The translations under genes were made by a program, and so were the position numbers. The notes under the pieces are model-generated. The model saw only the letters and a program-made list of their open reading frames with translations. It was not told where the DNA came from and ran no database searches. A DNA stretch of 64,000 nucleotides from an uncultured Acidibacter sp. (lineage in GTDB: Bacteria; Pseudomonadota; Gammaproteobacteria; Steroidobacterales; Steroidobacteraceae): assembly GCA_964609065.1 (NCBI GenBank), contig CAZSRB010000002.1, positions 27,084 through 91,083 on the forward strand. Reading direction: 5' to 3'. Shown here in pieces: positions 60,781 through 64,000 of the stretch. Every line of letters starts with the position of its first letter. Position 1 is the first letter of the stretch.

Positions 60781-61004
60781 CCGATGATGAACAAGACAAG
60801 GTCGACCGCGAACTTTTCAAGAACGTCGAAAAACTGCGGCAGTTGCGCATCGAGCACCGAGACCTCGATGAAACGATCGCGCGGCTCTCGATGGATATCC
60901 ACGTGGATGAGGTGGAGATCAAGCGGTTAAAACGCCGTAAACTACTGCTCAAAGATCAAATTGAGCGCGTCAGCAGCCATCTCATACCCGACTTAAACGC
61001 CTGA
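60777..61004 (+). CDS. DUF465 (YdcH-like) small coiled-coil protein
   Basis: 75 aa with the LRIEHRDLDETI..LKRRKLLLKDQI pattern. ATGA overlap with the PHP gene stop. Confidence 0.8.
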   Translation: MTDDEQDKVDRELFKNVEKLRQLRIEHRDLDETIARLSMDIHVDEVEIKRLKRRKLLLKDQIERVSSHLIPDLNA

Positions 61005-61014
61005 GGATCCTCGC

Positions 61015-62427
61015 ATGCAGGACGGACTCACCCTCCCCAAAGAATTATCCAGCGGACTCATGAGCCGCGATGGATTAAGTGAGCTTGCCGCACTGCTCTT
61101 GGTCTTCTTGTTGGCGCTAGCCGTCGGTCGATTTGCCCGTGCTCGCACAGGAACTACGACGTCGGGTACCTCGCTGAGTGACTGGAAATCCATCGTCCGC
61201 GAATCGGTCATCGTTTTGCTGCCCTACGCGGCGATCGTGCTCCTGATCAGCGCTTCACTTTGGGCTGCTCGCAACTTAGGGATGCTCGAAAGCCTATTTG
61301 GGCTCGCGCTGCGCTTAGTCATCGCGCTCGGCGCTGTCCGTCTCGCGGTGTTCGTGGTTCGTGTCACGCTTGGCAACAATGCACTCATGATGGCCTGGGA
61401 AGGTCGTATCACGCTATTTCTTTGGCTTGGTCTTGGGCTGCAGCTACTCGGTTGGCTAGACGTCCTCGAGCGCAGTCTCGATGCGATTGATCTCGTACCC
61501 GGGCAGTCCGCTTTTAGTCTGTGGGCATTATTGAAAAGCATCGTCGTCGTCACTGCCTTCATTGTGGGAACAAGCTTGATCGCTAAAGCGATCGAACGGC
61601 GTGTGATGACGATCGAGACACTCGCCCCCTCTACGCGAATCGGTATCGGTAAGTTTCTCTATGTCCTATTGATCACGCTTGGTATTCTGCTCGGGATCAA
61701 TGCCGCGGGTGTGGATCTCACCGCACTCACCGTACTAACCGGCGCGATCGTCTTTGGGCTAGGTTTTGGTATTCGCGATATCACCAGTAACTTTGTGAGC
61801 GGATTCGTCCTATTGATGGATAAGTCCATAAAACCGGGCGATGTGATCAGCTTCACTCAACAAACGGGTACGACCAGTGAAAACTTTGGCTGGGTCCAAG
61901 AGCTACGCGGTCGATACGTCGTCGTTCGCGATCGCGACGGCGTGGAGTCCTTGGTCCCCAATCAAAGCCTCATCATCAACTCGGTGATCAACTGGAGCTA
62001 CTCTGATCAACGGGTCCGGCTGCGTTTACCTGTCATGATTAGCTACGACGATGATCCTGAGGTCGCGCTGGAACTACTCATCCGAGCCGCGAGTGATCAC
62101 CCGCGGATTTTGCGCGACCCCGGGCCCGTGTCGCGTCTCATGTCCTTTGAGAACTACGGCATGAGGCTCGAATCTCGCTTCTGGATTCGCGATCCCATGA
62201 ATGGGGTCAATAACGTTCGTAGCGATGTCAATCGGCGGATCTTCCAGTTGTTCCGCGAACATGGGATCAAGATTCCGGTGGCGCAACAGGAAGTCCGTGT
62301 TCTGGAACCGGGCGCGATGCTGACGGATCCGTCGACGGTCGCCGCGATCGCAGCACCCGCCTCGCCTCCTGCGACCTCGACAACGACGACCGCCGCAACA
62401 CCGATCAATGCCCCTACAGGTCAATAA
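61015..62427 (+). CDS. Mechanosensitive ion channel (MscS family)
   Basis: Multiple TM segments, then the MscS core ITSNFVSGFVLLMDKSIKPGDVI. Confidence 0.88.
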   Translation: MQDGLTLPKELSSGLMSRDGLSELAALLLVFLLALAVGRFARARTGTTTSGTSLSDWKSIVRESVIVLLPYAAIVLLISASLWAARNLGMLESLFGLALRLVIALGAVRLAVFVVRVTLGNNALMMAWEGRITLFLWLGLGLQLLGWLDVLERSLDAIDLVPGQSAFSLWALLKSIVVVTAFIVGTSLIAKAIERRVMTIETLAPSTRIGIGKFLYVLLITLGILLGINAAGVDLTALTVLTGAIVFGLGFGIRDITSNFVSGFVLLMDKSIKPGDVISFTQQTGTTSENFGWVQELRGRYVVVRDRDGVESLVPNQSLIINSVINWSYSDQRVRLRLPVMISYDDDPEVALELLIRAASDHPRILRDPGPVSRLMSFENYGMRLESRFWIRDPMNGVNNVRSDVNRRIFQLFREHGIKIPVAQQEVRVLEPGAMLTDPSTVAAIAAPASPPATSTTTTAATPINAPTGQ

Positions 62428-62827
62428 GATCTCGATTCCGGATAGCGACTACAGCGTCAGCTTTATTCGGGCCGGCGGGCCTGGCGGTCAAAACGTCAAT
62501 AAAGTCGCGAGCGCCGTGCAACTACGTTTTGATCTGCGTGGCACGCAAGCGCTCTCGCCTGACGTCAAAGCGCGTCTGACTCGTATAGCCGGTCGTCGGG
62601 TCAATGATGAAGGCTTTCTATTGATCACCGCACGCGAGCATCGCAGTCAGGAAGCGAACCGCCGCGATGCGGAGCAACGACTCTGCAGCCTCATTCGTGC
62701 AGCCCTACCGCCGCCAAAGATACGGCACGCCACGCGACCCACTCGCGCGTCAAAGATCAAACGTCTCGAAGGTAAAAGCCACCGCGGGGCGATCAAACGC
62801 CAACGCGGTCGGCCTGCAGAAGATTGA
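62408..62827 (+). CDS. arfB: Alternative ribosome-rescue factor ArfB (peptidyl-tRNA hydrolase)
   Basis: GGQ motif GGPGGQNVNKV and a basic C-terminal tail RPTRASKIKRLEGK. It overlaps the MscS gene by 20 nt. Confidence 0.9.
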   Translation: MPLQVNKISIPDSDYSVSFIRAGGPGGQNVNKVASAVQLRFDLRGTQALSPDVKARLTRIAGRRVNDEGFLLITAREHRSQEANRRDAEQRLCSLIRAALPPPKIRHATRPTRASKIKRLEGKSHRGAIKRQRGRPAED

Positions 62828-62901
62828 CTCACGGATCACAGGGATCCCGTGGACACCACGAACGCATCGAACGCGGAGCGCAAGGGTTTGCCGCACGCCA
62901 T

Positions 62902-64000
62902 TTACGCGTGCGTCACCTGCAAAATGCTGTGCCGAATCTGCTCAGACAGTACAAATTCCGCATCACGCGCGACTCGCTCTAGTACCTCATCGAAGCACAA
63001 GCGACTCTCGTCATCGACGCGAATCACCGCCCGTCGCAACAATAGCTGCGCAAATTGCTCAAACATCGCTTTATCTGAAAACTCTGGCGCGTTAAAACCG
63101 TAAAGCATCGCGATGCGTTGTGCGAGAGCACGGCAGCGCTCGACTAATTCTTTGGTTTTGAGGACTCCAGAGCCTGCTTGCTCAAGCGTCGCAATCAATA
63201 AGTAATAGCGCTCGATCGTCTGCACCGAGGACTGCGCCAGTACCGAAAGCTGCATGGCAGCCTCCGTATTAGGCGCTGGGCGATGCCAATACACCGTCTC
63301 GCTCGCCGCTTGCGACGTCTCATGTCGCAAGAGACCGAGCTTGGCCATGGCGGCTAGCGTCGTCTCGACTGCCGTTTGCAATTCGGCCTCATCCCACTTC
63401 AAAAATAACTCAGCTGCGACATAGGGGTAAATCCGCCACGCCAAGCGCTGCAAATCCTCCTCGCGTACTGAAGGGTTAGCAATGAATGCGCAGGCGATGA
63501 GCGAGGGCAGCGTAAAGAGATGTAACAAATTATTGCGGTAATACGTCATGAGCACGGCGCTTTGCTCATCAAGTCGCAGCACATCGCCAAGCGGATGCGC
63601 CTGACGTTGCAATACCTGCATACTCTCGCCGTAGGCGATCACCTCGGCGCCAGTGTCAGCGGTCACCGTCACCCGCGAGTCATAGGGCGCCTCGCGAAGT
63701 AAGGCAAGGTAAAGCTCGACCTGACGCTGCAGATCCGCTTCAGCCATAGCCTGACGAGGCATCGCAAGCAGACTCATCGCAAGCAAGCCAATCGGTGTCA
63801 CTGCCGCCGCGGCATTGATCCGCCGCATGACTTGTAGCGCCAGCTCATCCACCACAGGCGGCACCCATGGCGCTCGGCCTTCGGCATCGACCCCCCGCTC
63901 ACGCCAGTCGCTCGCCGCTTGCTCAAGTAACTGCTCAAGATAAATCGGCTCGCCGATGTTCACATGCACTCGGCCGAATTTCTCGCGTAGTACTCGGACC
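62902..64000 (-). CDS. plsB: Glycerol-3-phosphate acyltransferase, C-terminal part (5' end beyond the window)
   Basis: AVLMTYYRNN, AELFLKWD and FNAPEFSDKAMF match the remembered PlsB C-terminal half. The frame remains open to base 64000; the ORF-track M at 63969 is an internal GTG/Val. Confidence 0.9.
   Translation of the reverse strand, partial: VRVLREKFGRVHVNIGEPIYLEQLLEQAASDWRERGVDAEGRAPWVPPVVDELALQVMRRINAAAAVTPIGLLAMSLLAMPRQAMAEADLQRQVELYLALLREAPYDSRVTVTADTGAEVIAYGESMQVLQRQAHPLGDVLRLDEQSAVLMTYYRNNLLHLFTLPSLIACAFIANPSVREEDLQRLAWRIYPYVAAELFLKWDEAELQTAVETTLAAMAKLGLLRHETSQAASETVYWHRPAPNTEAAMQLSVLAQSSVQTIERYYLLIATLEQAGSGVLKTKELVERCRALAQRIAMLYGFNAPEFSDKAMFEQFAQLLLRRAVIRVDDESRLCFDEVLERVARDAEFVLSEQIRHSILQVTHA

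Overview
This 64-kb window is chromosomal DNA from a moderately GC-rich Gammaproteobacterium. Synteny and regulatory elements (SAH riboswitch before ahcY, adk/PPi-PFK/H+-PPase, pcm-like/rhodanese/tolC/waaA/kdkA, CIRCE before groESL, accBC-prmA-dusB-fis-purHD, rhlB/trxA/rho) suggest a Xanthomonadales/Lysobacterales-like lineage; this is inference only, since no searches could be run. The window is almost entirely protein-coding, with about 60 CDS, and most are recognisable housekeeping genes. They include metK(partial), ahcY, cpdA, ubiX, mpl, rnd, adk, pfp, hppA, an M16 protease, tolC, waaA, kdkA, a GT9 transferase and glnE. Further along are fadH, groESL, dsbD, accBC, prmA, dusB, fis, purHD, rho, trxA, rhlB, yrfG, arfB and plsB(partial). 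A less conserved-looking metabolic/transport stretch lies at about 25.4-41.8 kb. It holds flavin reductase / AtzG-like-fused amidase / LLM oxidoreductase, then PLP gamma-lyase-family / DUF962 / secreted M20 hydrolase, then two MFS transporters, ilvA / AbgT / DUF2189, a LMW-PTP and DUF885. I saw no rRNA, tRNA, CRISPR array, transposase, integrase, phage gene or recognisable defence system, and I cannot point to a convincing wholly new system. The best second-look candidates are: (1) an orphan terminator plus an anti-SD-loop hairpin just upstream of glnE, a candidate sRNA or leader; (2) the translationally coupled PLP-lyase/DUF962/M20 operon; (3) the LLM/amidase/flavin-reductase module with a GatC/AtzG-like N-terminal fusion; (4) a possible Arg/Gly-rich N-terminal extension of Rho. 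All protein calls rest on motif recognition in the supplied translations; start codons were refined by eye and are the least certain part.
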